Shown in pieces: positions 47,431 through 57,146 of a DNA stretch of 64,000 nucleotides. The position numbers were made by a program, and so were the translations under genes. The notes beneath the pieces were generated by a model. It was not told where the DNA came from. It made no database searches and worked only from the letters and a program-made list of their open reading frames with translations. How positions within the stretch are numbered: the first letter of the stretch is position 1; each line of letters opens with the position of its first letter. The stretch is from Dehalococcoidia bacterium UBA6627 (GTDB lineage Bacteria; Chloroflexota; Dehalococcoidia; UBA2979). Where the stretch lies: contig DKLZ01000075.1 of assembly GCA_002455955.1 (NCBI GenBank), forward strand, positions 9,837 to 73,836, written 5' to 3'.

Positions 47431-48519
47431 TCAAGCTATTTCGTTTTTTTGATATCTGATTAACACCCAAATCACGATAGGGGCACCGATAAGTGCGGTT
47501 ATCGCATTCAATGGCAAAACTGTATCTCGCCCCGGAAATTGGGCTACGATCTCAGAAAGTAACGCGATGATCGCACCAGTCATGATCGTTGCCGGGATGA
47601 GAACGAAATGATCTGATGATTTCATGATCATTCTTGAAATATGAGGCGCTGCTATGCCTAAAAATGCGATTGGTCCACAACAAGCTGTTACTGTTCCTGC
47701 ACAAATAGCCGCACTTGTAAGGGTAATAATTTTTACAAGCCGTACGTTGATGCCGATCGATCTTGCATAGTCTTCGCCAAACAGAATTGCATTCAGCGGT
47801 TTCGCACTTGCCATAGCAATCGTCGAACTCAGTATGAGCAGGGGGGCCGCCCACGTTAATCCACGCCATCCTGGAGCTCTAAATGAGCCGAATCCCCACG
47901 ATATATATCGCTGTATACTCTCCGGCTCCGCATATGCAATTAAGAGTGTGATTCCAGAAGTCAAAACGTAAGAAATCATCAATCCGATGATCAGTAGTAC
48001 ACCAACCGACCGCACTCGTTGCGCTACCAGTATGATGATTAAGAGAACTGCTGCAGCACCAAGTATTGCATTCAAGGTTGTTGCTGATGTAAATCCCCAA
48101 CCAAGGGATGAAGCAAATTCGGTTGCTGGTGCGGCATTGCTAATTAGCACTGTTAATGCGACACCCCAGGTAGCTCCTGCTGTGACCCCTAATACTGATG
48201 AATCAGCAACCGGGTTCCGAAACAGTGTCTGCATTTGTAGACCAGCTACACCCAGTGAACCTCCAACGATTATAGCTGTGATTGTCCGTGGGATTCTTAT
48301 TTCCCAAACGATGGTATTCCAAGCTTCATTACTGCTTTCATGCGCAAGAAGAATATTGTTTAGTTCTGAAATCGGAATTTCTACTGACCCAAGAGCGATC
48401 CCGAGCAGCACTAGCACTACAAGAATCGGGGCGCACAACAGAAATATGAAGTAAATATCGCGTGTTTTTTTGTAATCTCTGGAAATCAGAGCATCTTGTC
48501 TTGGGTCTGATAACGACAT
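47431..48519 (-). CDS. FecCD/BtuC-family ABC permease
   Basis: 362 aa, about 10 TM. Typical GAPIVIWVLIR C-terminus. Confidence 0.85.
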   Translation of the reverse strand: MSLSDPRQDALISRDYKKTRDIYFIFLLCAPILVVLVLLGIALGSVEIPISELNNILLAHESSNEAWNTIVWEIRIPRTITAIIVGGSLGVAGLQMQTLFRNPVADSSVLGVTAGATWGVALTVLISNAAPATEFASSLGWGFTSATTLNAILGAAAVLLIIILVAQRVRSVGVLLIIGLMISYVLTSGITLLIAYAEPESIQRYISWGFGSFRAPGWRGLTWAAPLLILSSTIAMASAKPLNAILFGEDYARSIGINVRLVKIITLTSAAICAGTVTACCGPIAFLGIAAPHISRMIMKSSDHFVLIPATIMTGAIIALLSEIVAQFPGRDTVLPLNAITALIGAPIVIWVLIRYQKNEIA

Positions 48520-48560
48520 GCTGAACTCATCGATAATTCGTTATTATCCGGCCGTTATTA

Positions 48561-49856
48561 TTATTCTGGTAGTCGTTTATACCATTCGATTTGATGGTCA
48601 TTTAATAGATCGGGATGTGTGATCTTTATCAGGTCCGCTAAGAGCAAGTCAGGTCGGGACGCGGCACGCTCGAAATAGTCATCCGCACCTTGTTCATTCA
48701 CCATGCGAGTGTGAGTCCATACGTTCGCATTCTTGATCGATTTCAACTTCCCGTATCGAGGATCTTCGTTCAAACCTTGGGCGATCGTTTTCCACTGTGC
48801 CGGGGCGTTAATCCAGATATCAGCAGAAGCACCATCAAGTAAGACAGCTTCTAAGTCCAGATGCAGCGATCCAGTTCCCGGAGTACTCTCCCAGATATAT
48901 CGAATATTCGCATCTCTAAGAAGATTCGCTATATAGGATGATCCTCCTGGTGCATAAAATGTCCCTTGAAACGCTGCACCTACTAGAGCTGTTGGTATCT
49001 CAGACGCTTTCGCAGCAATCGCAACGGTCTCGCTATATCGTTTAGCTATGTCTTCTATATAGGTTGTTGCGGCTGCTTCTTCATTCAGTAACACACCCGT
49101 AACCAACAACCATTCCGCTCGCCCGAGCGCTGATGTCTCTAACCAGTCCATCCAATGAACGACAGGAATATCAAGATCCATCAGCTTCGGATAGGAAGGA
49201 TCGGCGAACCCATTCGATAACAAGACATCTGGACCGGATTCAATCACAGCTTCAGTACCAACTTCAAAATTCCCTGCGAATTCCACTACATTGTTCTCAG
49301 ATATGTGCTGCAGCACTTCCGAAGATGAGATATAGGAAGTCTGAGCTACTCCGGTAATTTTCGACACAGATTCAAACTCAATAAATGATGGATATTGTGT
49401 TGTTGACGATAAAAAAGCAGATCGTATAGGTGTACTAATAATTGGCATGTCAATGTCAGGATCAGGAGCGCCGCATTTCACCAAAGCAAATGACTGCTTA
49501 TCAGTCATGTCAGTCTCATTAATCGTTAGTACTCTATAAGATTTATAATATTCTATAGAGAACCCACTCGCATATGAAACATCTGCCTTTACTGGAAAAT
49601 AATCATATCCACCATCAAATTTATTATCTGGTATACAGGAAGAATTAACATCTTCCTGATGCACTAAGGTACTTTCGCTTTGAATATCATTATTGTTAAC
49701 AACATTCTGAGATGATGGGGATGCTTCAGGCACCTGTACGACGAGGTTTTCGTCATCGTGATCAGCGCACCCAGCCATAACCAGCAAGCAAATAAAAACT
49801 GAGACCACCATCCGAAGATGGCATGCCGGAATTAAACATAGTAAATAGTGATTCAT
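48561..49856 (-). CDS. Periplasmic-binding-protein (BtuF/FhuD class) substrate-binding lipoprotein, unusually long (431 aa)
   Basis: Lipobox LVMAGC. Class III SBP-like core. First gene after the cobalamin riboswitch. Confidence 0.75.
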   Translation of the reverse strand: MNHYLLCLIPACHLRMVVSVFICLLVMAGCADHDDENLVVQVPEASPSSQNVVNNNDIQSESTLVHQEDVNSSCIPDNKFDGGYDYFPVKADVSYASGFSIEYYKSYRVLTINETDMTDKQSFALVKCGAPDPDIDMPIISTPIRSAFLSSTTQYPSFIEFESVSKITGVAQTSYISSSEVLQHISENNVVEFAGNFEVGTEAVIESGPDVLLSNGFADPSYPKLMDLDIPVVHWMDWLETSALGRAEWLLVTGVLLNEEAAATTYIEDIAKRYSETVAIAAKASEIPTALVGAAFQGTFYAPGGSSYIANLLRDANIRYIWESTPGTGSLHLDLEAVLLDGASADIWINAPAQWKTIAQGLNEDPRYGKLKSIKNANVWTHTRMVNEQGADDYFERAASRPDLLLADLIKITHPDLLNDHQIEWYKRLPE

Positions 49857-49903
49857 GGATTATCGTCCGCCCGTTTCCACGCGGTGTGGTTTATCGATAT
49901 GCA

Positions 49904-49992
49904 TTCAAGTAGGTCGACCTGACTGGCCAGCTAGATTGTTATCTGCTGGATCGACAGTTGCGGGACAGTATCGGGCTCTCACCGAATTTCGC
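49904..49992 (-). promoter_or_regulatory. Cobalamin riboswitch aptamer (compact)
   Basis: Minus strand reads TTCAAGT-CAGGCGAAATTCGGTGAGAGCCCGATACTGTCCCGCAACTGT-CGATCCAGC..GCTGG-CCAGTCAGGTCGACCT-ACTTGAA. It has a closing helix, a GGTG..CC hairpin, the CCCGCAACTGT core and a B12-box-like AGTCAGG..ACCT. Lies 48 nt upstream of the SBP ATG. Confidence 0.75.
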
Positions 49993-50241
49993 CTGACTTG
50001 AACAGTGCTAATGATATGTCATGATTGCGGCAACAACAAAGAGTCTTCCAAAGCCCTGAGTGAGCTGATCAGTCAAGCCATAGCAAATAATCGCAGCCGC
50101 TACTGGTTAGAGGGATCACGTCAAACGAATCCGAACAATCTTCAATATTAAGAGCTGTTACGAAACCGCGGATGAACATCATGCGAAGGTTTTGAAACCG
50201 TCCTTAAGGTCTAAAGGTATTCTGTTATCAAACAGAGATAG

Positions 50242-50664
50242 CTAAGCGGTAACTAAGGCAAGAATATCGTGAAGCGTCCCAGTCCACGGGAGTCCAATTG
50301 TCCTATAGCCTTCCATATCTCCTGTGACACGAACGTAATTACGTCGAAATTCTTCGCGGTCCGGACCATCAGCCTCCGCATTCGTCAGACGGGCGTACGG
50401 CAGAACTTTTTCGTACGGAACGGTGATTGTCACGTCAGCATCAGCAAGCACCCCGGCTCCCACCAGCACGGTCCCATTACTCACCACGACATGCCAGCCA
50501 AGACTTGATCCATCCGGGCTGAGATGCGCAGGAGGATCAGTGAATTCCTCACAAAATGATGACTCGATTCCATCTAGATCAAACCCTTCACAGGACTCAA
50601 CAATCGCCTGACGGGCGTACGAAATCCACTCACTGCTGGCAAATTCAACCTTGGCACTCATCAC
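50242..50664 (-). CDS. SCP2/sterol-carrier-like domain protein (tentative)
   Basis: Pattern GWHVVVSNGTVLVGAGVLADADVTITVPYEKVL...VRVTGDM resembles SCP2-type lipid-binding domains. Confidence 0.4.
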   Translation of the reverse strand: MMSAKVEFASSEWISYARQAIVESCEGFDLDGIESSFCEEFTDPPAHLSPDGSSLGWHVVVSNGTVLVGAGVLADADVTITVPYEKVLPYARLTNAEADGPDREEFRRNYVRVTGDMEGYRTIGLPWTGTLHDILALVTA

Positions 50665-51210
50665 ATCCTCCTTCAGAAATCAAAAGTGGCTCGGTGCTTC
50701 TCATCTTTCACTCAAAAGAAGATAGATTACGCATAACACAGCGAGTCAACCTACTTAGAACGCTTTATTGTAGGAATATCCTCAAAGAATTAACCACAAT
50801 AAACCGTCTCAGTGCTCCTGATCCGTGAATGAAGCCTCGCCTGCACCTTCCGAACCGTCCGAACCGGACGGCTTAAGATCCATCTCTCAACATCCAGGCT
50901 CTCCGGTATTTCCGCAGCAATTGGATCCTGTTCGAAGCTTCGTCCAGTTGTTGCGAATCGCAAGCCGGAGCTTTTCGTTGAATGAACCCTCAAAATTTTT
51001 CCAGTTAGCAAACAGTCCGCGAAATGATGGTCGTGATTCAACTGGTCTACACATAATGATGGCCTGACCTCGATCTCCTTTATTATTCAATGGAGTATCG
51101 TGCCTGCCCTCGCTCTAGTCGATTGCTCCAAAAATTTAGCAATCTGAAAGATACCTGACCAAATCTCATGAGCAGCTACCATGCACAGGTACCACCAAGG
51201 GGACAGCAAC

Positions 51211-53655
51211 ATGCTCGATGGAGTGCGAGTCGTAGATCTAAGTACTGACGTCGCAGCTGGGTACGCCGCAAAACTATTCGCGACCTATGGAGCTGATGTC
51301 ATCAAAGTGGAGGCACCAGAAGGTGATCCTACACGTCGTCTCTCACCAAGCGCCGATAGCGACCCGAATGCTGGCATTCTCTTTGCCTACGTCAACAGCG
51401 GCAAACGGAGCGCAGTCCTAGATATGGATGACGAATCGCAGCGCGCTTCCTTGATGCAACTGCTAGCAACTGCTGATGTGATCTTCGATTCTTCGACACC
51501 GGGAACACTCGCACAACGAGGTGTACACCTCACCGCAGTAGCAACCGAACATCCGGCCCTGATCGTTTGCTCGATCACTCCCTTCGGGCAAGACGGACCG
51601 CGGGCTCATTGGCACGCGACAGCACTCACAGCCTTTGCAGCTGGAGGCGAAATGGCGCTTTGCGGAGACGAAACTAAGCCGCCGCTGAAAACTGCAGGCC
51701 ATCAGGCATACTTCCAGTCCGGTCTCCATGGCTTCGCCGCAGCAAGTACCGCGCTTTTCGCCTCCAGAGAGAGTGGGATCGGCGAGTTACTGGACATCTC
51801 AATCCAAGAAGTACAAGCCTCCACACTCGAAGGAGCCGGGCCAGCAGCAATGGTAAGAGGGAGCGATTCGGAGCGAACCGGTAATTCACTCAGCGCAATG
51901 TGGAGAATCTATCCGTGCGCTGACGGATGGGTAGGACTGGCATCATTACCGCGCCAGCAACGAGCCGTATTCGAATGTATCGGGCACCCGGAGCTCGTGG
52001 TAGATAGTCGAGCATTTGTGACCGACACTGAAACTGACGCACTGAGAACGGCACTGATTACCGAGTGGACCACCCGGCACACCGCGAAAGAAATTTACGA
52101 AGCGGCCGGTCACCATCGGGCTCCTTTCTCATTGATCCTTGAGCCGCCTGAACTAATCAACTGGCAGCCTCTACGCGAGAACAATTTCTGGCAAGAGATC
52201 AAGCATCCAGTCTTGGAAAGATATGTGACCCCTTCTGGGCCAATCATGATCGATGGCAATCGCGGTAATGATCAGCGTGCACCGTTATTAGGAGAGCACA
52301 CCAGCGAAGTACTCAAGGAGATCACAAAATCTGAGGTTCGATCGCAAGTAAAGATGAGCCCGTCTAGCGCCGCCGAAATCCGCGGCCTCCTCGATGGTGT
52401 TCGAGTACTCGATCTCTCGGCCGTCTGGGCTGGACCCTACGCTACGCGATTCCTCGCCGATCATGGGGCTGAAGTAATTAAGATCGAAGGGCCGCAGTCA
52501 CCGGACGTTATTCGATTCCTGGGCGCTTACGGTAGTGACCCACTTATCTACAACAAGTCTGCCTACTTCAACGAGTACAACCGCAACAAAAAGAGTCTCA
52601 CTCTCGATTTCAAGAACTCCAAAGGAATCGAAGTCTTCAAACAACTCGTGCGCGACGCCGATGTAGTAATTGAAAACTGGAGTTCTGGTGTCGCCAGTCG
52701 GCTCGGTGTTGGTTATGACGATTTGCGTAAAATCAATCCTGATATCGTATTTGTCTCAATGCCAGGTTTCGGGCATGACGGTATCGAAGCTCAGCGTATC
52801 GGATATGGCCCGACTATCGAACAAATGGGCGGTCTCGTGGCACTTCAGGGATACGAAGGTGAATCGCCGCACAAGAGTGGAATTTCTTACGGCGACCCAA
52901 TTGCTGGAGTCACAGCTGCCGCCGCCGTAGCACTTGGATTACTGCGTCGCCGACAAACTGGAGTAGGTTGCTACGCGGTAGTCCCTCAGCGGGACATCAT
53001 CATCGGGTTAATCGGCGAGTACTTGATTGCAGACTCAATAAGACAACCACTACCGAAACGTATCGGTAATCGTGACTCATTATTCGCGCCACACGGTGTT
53101 TATCGAGCAAGAGATGATTCTGGGCGTGATCAAAAGGATTGGTCAGGTGATGTAATCAGGCATTTCAATGAGAATTGGGTCGCAATCGCCATTGACAGCG
53201 ATGAAACGTGGGAAGCATTGAAATCGGTGGTCGGTGACCCACGCCTCGACCGAGCAGAATATGAAACAATGGCTGGGCGCAAAGCAGCCGAAGCGGAAAT
53301 CGACGCAGTGCTAGCCGATTGGTTACGAGATCGCGAACAGACGGACGCTGCTGAGCAACTTCAAGAAGCTGGCATCTCAGCCTCTCCAGTACTCACACCA
53401 CTAATGCTTACTCGCGATGAGCATCTCCAGTCACGTAACTTTTATCTGAAATACAACCACAAGGATGCTGGGGAACATATAACCTCACGCCCCCCCTGGC
53501 GATTATCGCGTCGAACGGTCACCGACATACGACCTGCTCCTCGTTTTGGAGAGCACAATCAAGAAATACTCAGCTCACTTGCTGATATGGACGATGAACT
53601 TATCGAGAAGCTGTACGCTGAGGGAATCGTTTCCGACGTTCCTCTACAACCCTAA
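51211..53655 (+). CDS. Fused di-domain family III CoA-transferase (two CaiB/BaiF modules, 814 aa)
   Basis: N-half LDGVRVVDLSTDVAAGYAAKLFATYGADVIKVE...NSGKRSAVLD. C-half LLDGVRVLDLSAVWAGPYATRFLADHGAEVIKIE...YGDPIAGV. Both halves end with the (L)LGEHT / FGEHN pattern. Confidence 0.85.
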   Translation: MLDGVRVVDLSTDVAAGYAAKLFATYGADVIKVEAPEGDPTRRLSPSADSDPNAGILFAYVNSGKRSAVLDMDDESQRASLMQLLATADVIFDSSTPGTLAQRGVHLTAVATEHPALIVCSITPFGQDGPRAHWHATALTAFAAGGEMALCGDETKPPLKTAGHQAYFQSGLHGFAAASTALFASRESGIGELLDISIQEVQASTLEGAGPAAMVRGSDSERTGNSLSAMWRIYPCADGWVGLASLPRQQRAVFECIGHPELVVDSRAFVTDTETDALRTALITEWTTRHTAKEIYEAAGHHRAPFSLILEPPELINWQPLRENNFWQEIKHPVLERYVTPSGPIMIDGNRGNDQRAPLLGEHTSEVLKEITKSEVRSQVKMSPSSAAEIRGLLDGVRVLDLSAVWAGPYATRFLADHGAEVIKIEGPQSPDVIRFLGAYGSDPLIYNKSAYFNEYNRNKKSLTLDFKNSKGIEVFKQLVRDADVVIENWSSGVASRLGVGYDDLRKINPDIVFVSMPGFGHDGIEAQRIGYGPTIEQMGGLVALQGYEGESPHKSGISYGDPIAGVTAAAAVALGLLRRRQTGVGCYAVVPQRDIIIGLIGEYLIADSIRQPLPKRIGNRDSLFAPHGVYRARDDSGRDQKDWSGDVIRHFNENWVAIAIDSDETWEALKSVVGDPRLDRAEYETMAGRKAAEAEIDAVLADWLRDREQTDAAEQLQEAGISASPVLTPLMLTRDEHLQSRNFYLKYNHKDAGEHITSRPPWRLSRRTVTDIRPAPRFGEHNQEILSSLADMDDELIEKLYAEGIVSDVPLQP

Positions 53656-53724
53656 TGTTTGGAGCGTCCAACAGAGAGGAACGGCACAAGGCGGAGCCGA
53701 TAGTTGACCGCCGAGCCACCTGAT

Positions 53725-54705
53725 ATGGAATACACGACTTTGGGAAATACCGGTCTACACGTCAGTGTCGCAGGCCTCGGAGCTGGTGGATTCAGTCGAA
53801 TCGGACAGGGCACCGGGAAAACTGAGGCAGAATCAATCTCGATTGTGAGACAGTCCCTCGATCTGGGTGTGAACTTTATCGACACGGCTGCGAGCTATGG
53901 AACTGAGTCGATCATCGGTAAGGCGCTAAAAGGAATTGATCGAGACGCATTCGTGATCTCAACAAAAGCCACCGTCGGAAGCAAAAAATCAAATGGGGAT
54001 GGCGCCGACTCAGGTTTGCGCTCCCCGGAAAATGTGGTCGCGAGTCTCGACAACTCACTTCGAAATCTTGGGCTCGACTGTATAGATGTGTTCCATTTGC
54101 ATCGCGTATTGCCAGAGACCTACACATACGCACGGGATGTACTCGTACCAGCACTAGCTATCGAGCAACGTAAAGGAAAGTTCAAGTTCCTTGGCGTTAC
54201 AGAAGCACCGGAGGACAAACATCACGAGTCTCTAAATCAAGCAATCAACGAAGATTGCTACACCGTGATCATGGTGGCCTATTCCATGCTAAATCAGTCC
54301 GCTCGAACACAACTCTTTCAGAAGACACTCGATAAGGGAATCGGAGTTCTCATCATGTTCGCGGTTCGGCTCCTGTTCAGCGAACCTGGTCGATTAAACC
54401 GTGTGATCGGTGAACTAGTAGATCAGGGGCGGCTGCCAGCAGAGATTATGAACGATGGGGGCACTCTCGGATTCCTAATTCACGAAAACGGCGCCCTCAA
54501 CATAGTTGATGCGGCTTACCGTTATTGCCGGCATACGATTGGTACAGATGTAGTGCTATTTGGAACCGGTAATCCTGACCACGTTCAAGCGAACGTAGAA
54601 TCGATCCTGAGACCACCGCTTCCCGCAAAGGATGTCGAACGCCTCGAATCAATATTCGGGGCGCTCACAGGTATTGGGCTAGACAGACCTGGGAAGAGTT
54701 CTTGA
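53725..54705 (+). CDS. Aldo/keto reductase
   Basis: MEYTTLGNTGLHVSVAGLGAGG, FIDTAASYG, GKALKG, VFHLH. Confidence 0.85.
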   Translation: MEYTTLGNTGLHVSVAGLGAGGFSRIGQGTGKTEAESISIVRQSLDLGVNFIDTAASYGTESIIGKALKGIDRDAFVISTKATVGSKKSNGDGADSGLRSPENVVASLDNSLRNLGLDCIDVFHLHRVLPETYTYARDVLVPALAIEQRKGKFKFLGVTEAPEDKHHESLNQAINEDCYTVIMVAYSMLNQSARTQLFQKTLDKGIGVLIMFAVRLLFSEPGRLNRVIGELVDQGRLPAEIMNDGGTLGFLIHENGALNIVDAAYRYCRHTIGTDVVLFGTGNPDHVQANVESILRPPLPAKDVERLESIFGALTGIGLDRPGKSS

Positions 54706-55046
54706 TGCAATCGAGAGCAACGATCTAGACATCGACTAAACAAACGGCTCAGGACTTCAATTTTCAGCGTTGAAGAAAACCCGCCTCAGAATGTGCAGCG
54801 CCCCCTACTTCATTCAGTAGTCTCGCAGCATTACCACCCAGCCATCGATCTCTGACATGACGAAGTGGTACGTCAGGCATCTCCTGCACTGCAAGGGCAT
54901 ATGGAATCAGATTGTTCGTCACGAACAGCACAAGACCGCTCAATAATGAAGAGCCCCTGAGAGACCTGTTAGTGTGCTGATAACATCCTGAACGCTAGCA
55001 AACGATATGACAGTTAGCTGGTTGCGCCGCATCGAAAGGATTTCCC

Positions 55047-56240
55047 ATGATCACCCGCTTCTCCTCTCTATACGCTGGGCACGTCGACTTGGAAGATATG
55101 GGCCAAGAAGCAACACCAGCTAACGAACGACGCCTGCCGAACGAACATCTCGCGACAGTATTTTCCAAAACTGAAGCGATGGCCGTGTGCATGGACAAGA
55201 ATGGCTACGACACGCTGTGGTTGGCTGAACATCATTTTCAGCACGAAGGATACGAATGCATCCCCAATCTAATGATGATGGGTGTGCATTTGGCACACCT
55301 CACAGAAACTCTCAAGATTGGCTGTGGATTCAACGTTGCGCCAATGTGGCATCCACTTCGCCTAGCCGAAGATTATGCAACCGCAGACATACTCACGGGC
55401 GGAAGGATGGTCTTCGGGGTAGGTCGCGGTTACCACACACGCGAAGTTGAAAGTCTCGGTGGCCCAATGCTCGATCAGGACGAGAATCGTGATTATTTCG
55501 AGGAAGCAACGTCGGTCATCTTAAAAGCGTTCGAAAACGAGTCATTCTCACACAGTGGCAAGTATTTTAACATCCCTCCGAACATTCCTTATCGTGGATA
55601 TGATCTTGAGGAACTCACTCTGGTTCCACGACCAACCCATCCGGTCGAGTGCTGGCAACCGATCGTAAGTGCAAGCGAACGTGGACTTGACTTCATGGTC
55701 AAGCACGGAATCAAAGGTGTTGTTGGAGGTGGTTCAGCGCTGATGTCAGAAGGGCCGGTAGCAGCGTATCGTGACGCGCTTGCTCGATCAGGAATCGAGT
55801 CTGATCTCGGTGAAGGACTATCTGTTGGTATCAACTTCCATTTGGCAGACACGAAAGAACAAGCGATCAAGGAAGCAACACCTTTTTACGAGGAACACAT
55901 CAAGATGTTCGCACCCCTCGGCTTCTTTAGAGGCCTGAACGATGAGCAACTAGACGCAGTTGCACAGCGAGGTGGTTGGACACAGGCTGGAGTGCCTGGA
56001 CTCGAAGAGGCATGTGAAAGTCGAAGCTGGTACTGCGGGCCGCCCGAAGGTTTTGTCGAGTATCTCCAAGAACTCAGTGAGAGCCTACCAGGACTTGAAA
56101 TGGTTAACGTTCAATCAAGCATGGGTACCCCTCAGCAAGTACTGATCGAGCAACTCGAGTGGTTCGCAAGCGCAGTAATGCCTTCGTTCAGTGAGACTGC
56201 TGAAAAAGGTATCGATCCAGTGACAGTGCAGTCGGCGTAA
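55047..56240 (+). CDS. LLM-class (luciferase-like) flavin-dependent monooxygenase/oxidoreductase
   Basis: GYDTLWLAEHHF, FGVGRGY. TIM-barrel length of 397 aa. Confidence 0.85.
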   Translation: MITRFSSLYAGHVDLEDMGQEATPANERRLPNEHLATVFSKTEAMAVCMDKNGYDTLWLAEHHFQHEGYECIPNLMMMGVHLAHLTETLKIGCGFNVAPMWHPLRLAEDYATADILTGGRMVFGVGRGYHTREVESLGGPMLDQDENRDYFEEATSVILKAFENESFSHSGKYFNIPPNIPYRGYDLEELTLVPRPTHPVECWQPIVSASERGLDFMVKHGIKGVVGGGSALMSEGPVAAYRDALARSGIESDLGEGLSVGINFHLADTKEQAIKEATPFYEEHIKMFAPLGFFRGLNDEQLDAVAQRGGWTQAGVPGLEEACESRSWYCGPPEGFVEYLQELSESLPGLEMVNVQSSMGTPQQVLIEQLEWFASAVMPSFSETAEKGIDPVTVQSA

Positions 56241-56333
56241 ACTATAAAATTCGGAGGTGTGGTAACGCTCAGTTCTTCGGTCGACACGCGTCCTAATCGA
56301 ACACCCATGACATAGAAATCAGAAAGGAAACCA

Positions 56334-57086
56334 ATGAAATTAGAAGCAGTCAAGACAATCGGTGTACTCGGTGGCGGTGTGATGGGTGGCGGCATTGCCC
56401 AAGTCACGGCGCTCGCAGGATTTGACGTGGTGGTGCGCGATCTAACTCAGGAGCTAATTGACCAGACGCACGACGCAATCTTCGAAAGCCGCTGGGGCAT
56501 GAAACGAGCTGTCGAAATCGGAAAGCTCGAATTCGACCAAGTATCGGAAGCAATACCAAGAATTTCTTTCAGCACTGATGTCGCCGCTCTCTCGAGCTGT
56601 GATTTCATTATCGAAGCTGTGCCCGAGAAACTTGAACTAAAACAAAAAATCTTTCAAGAACTAGATGCGATTGTGAAACCAGAAGCGATCTTCACTTCTA
56701 ATACATCAGGATTCGTAATCGCAGATATCGCCCGTGATGTATCCGATTCACGCAAGACATTGTTCGCCGGTATGCATTTCTCGAATCCAGTACCCACGAT
56801 GAAGATGTGCGAAGTTATCTACACACCTGAGACCTCCGAGGAAACCATTGAAACAGTTAGTGGTGTGGGTGAACGGGCAGGGAAAGCGATCTCCATGGTG
56901 CAAGACGCACCAGGTACTTATGGATTCCTGCTCAACCGGATCTTTGCAGCTGCGAGACGTGAAGCAGATCTAATTGTCGATGCGGGAATTGCCTCTGAAG
57001 AGGACATCGACAAGGCAATGATCACAGGGCGGAACTGGCCTGCTGGCTTCTATGGAGACCGTGGTGGTATCGGGAAACAGTGGTAG
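56334..57086 (+). CDS. 3-hydroxyacyl-CoA (3-hydroxybutyryl-CoA) dehydrogenase family protein
   Basis: IGVLGGGVMGGGIAQV, EAVPEKLELKQKIF, SNTS, HFSNP, GFLLNR. Confidence 0.85.
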   Translation: MKLEAVKTIGVLGGGVMGGGIAQVTALAGFDVVVRDLTQELIDQTHDAIFESRWGMKRAVEIGKLEFDQVSEAIPRISFSTDVAALSSCDFIIEAVPEKLELKQKIFQELDAIVKPEAIFTSNTSGFVIADIARDVSDSRKTLFAGMHFSNPVPTMKMCEVIYTPETSEETIETVSGVGERAGKAISMVQDAPGTYGFLLNRIFAAARREADLIVDAGIASEEDIDKAMITGRNWPAGFYGDRGGIGKQW

Positions 57087-57146
57087 ACCACGCTACTGAA
57101 CCTCACAGACACTGATCTACTTGAGCAGCAGACACCAACAACCCTT

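Noticed and set aside
50825-51067. 80-aa plus-strand ORF in the long intergenic region
   Set aside because: Pro/Ser-rich, low-complexity translation with no SD. It overlaps the alternative minus-strand frames, so coding status cannot be supported.
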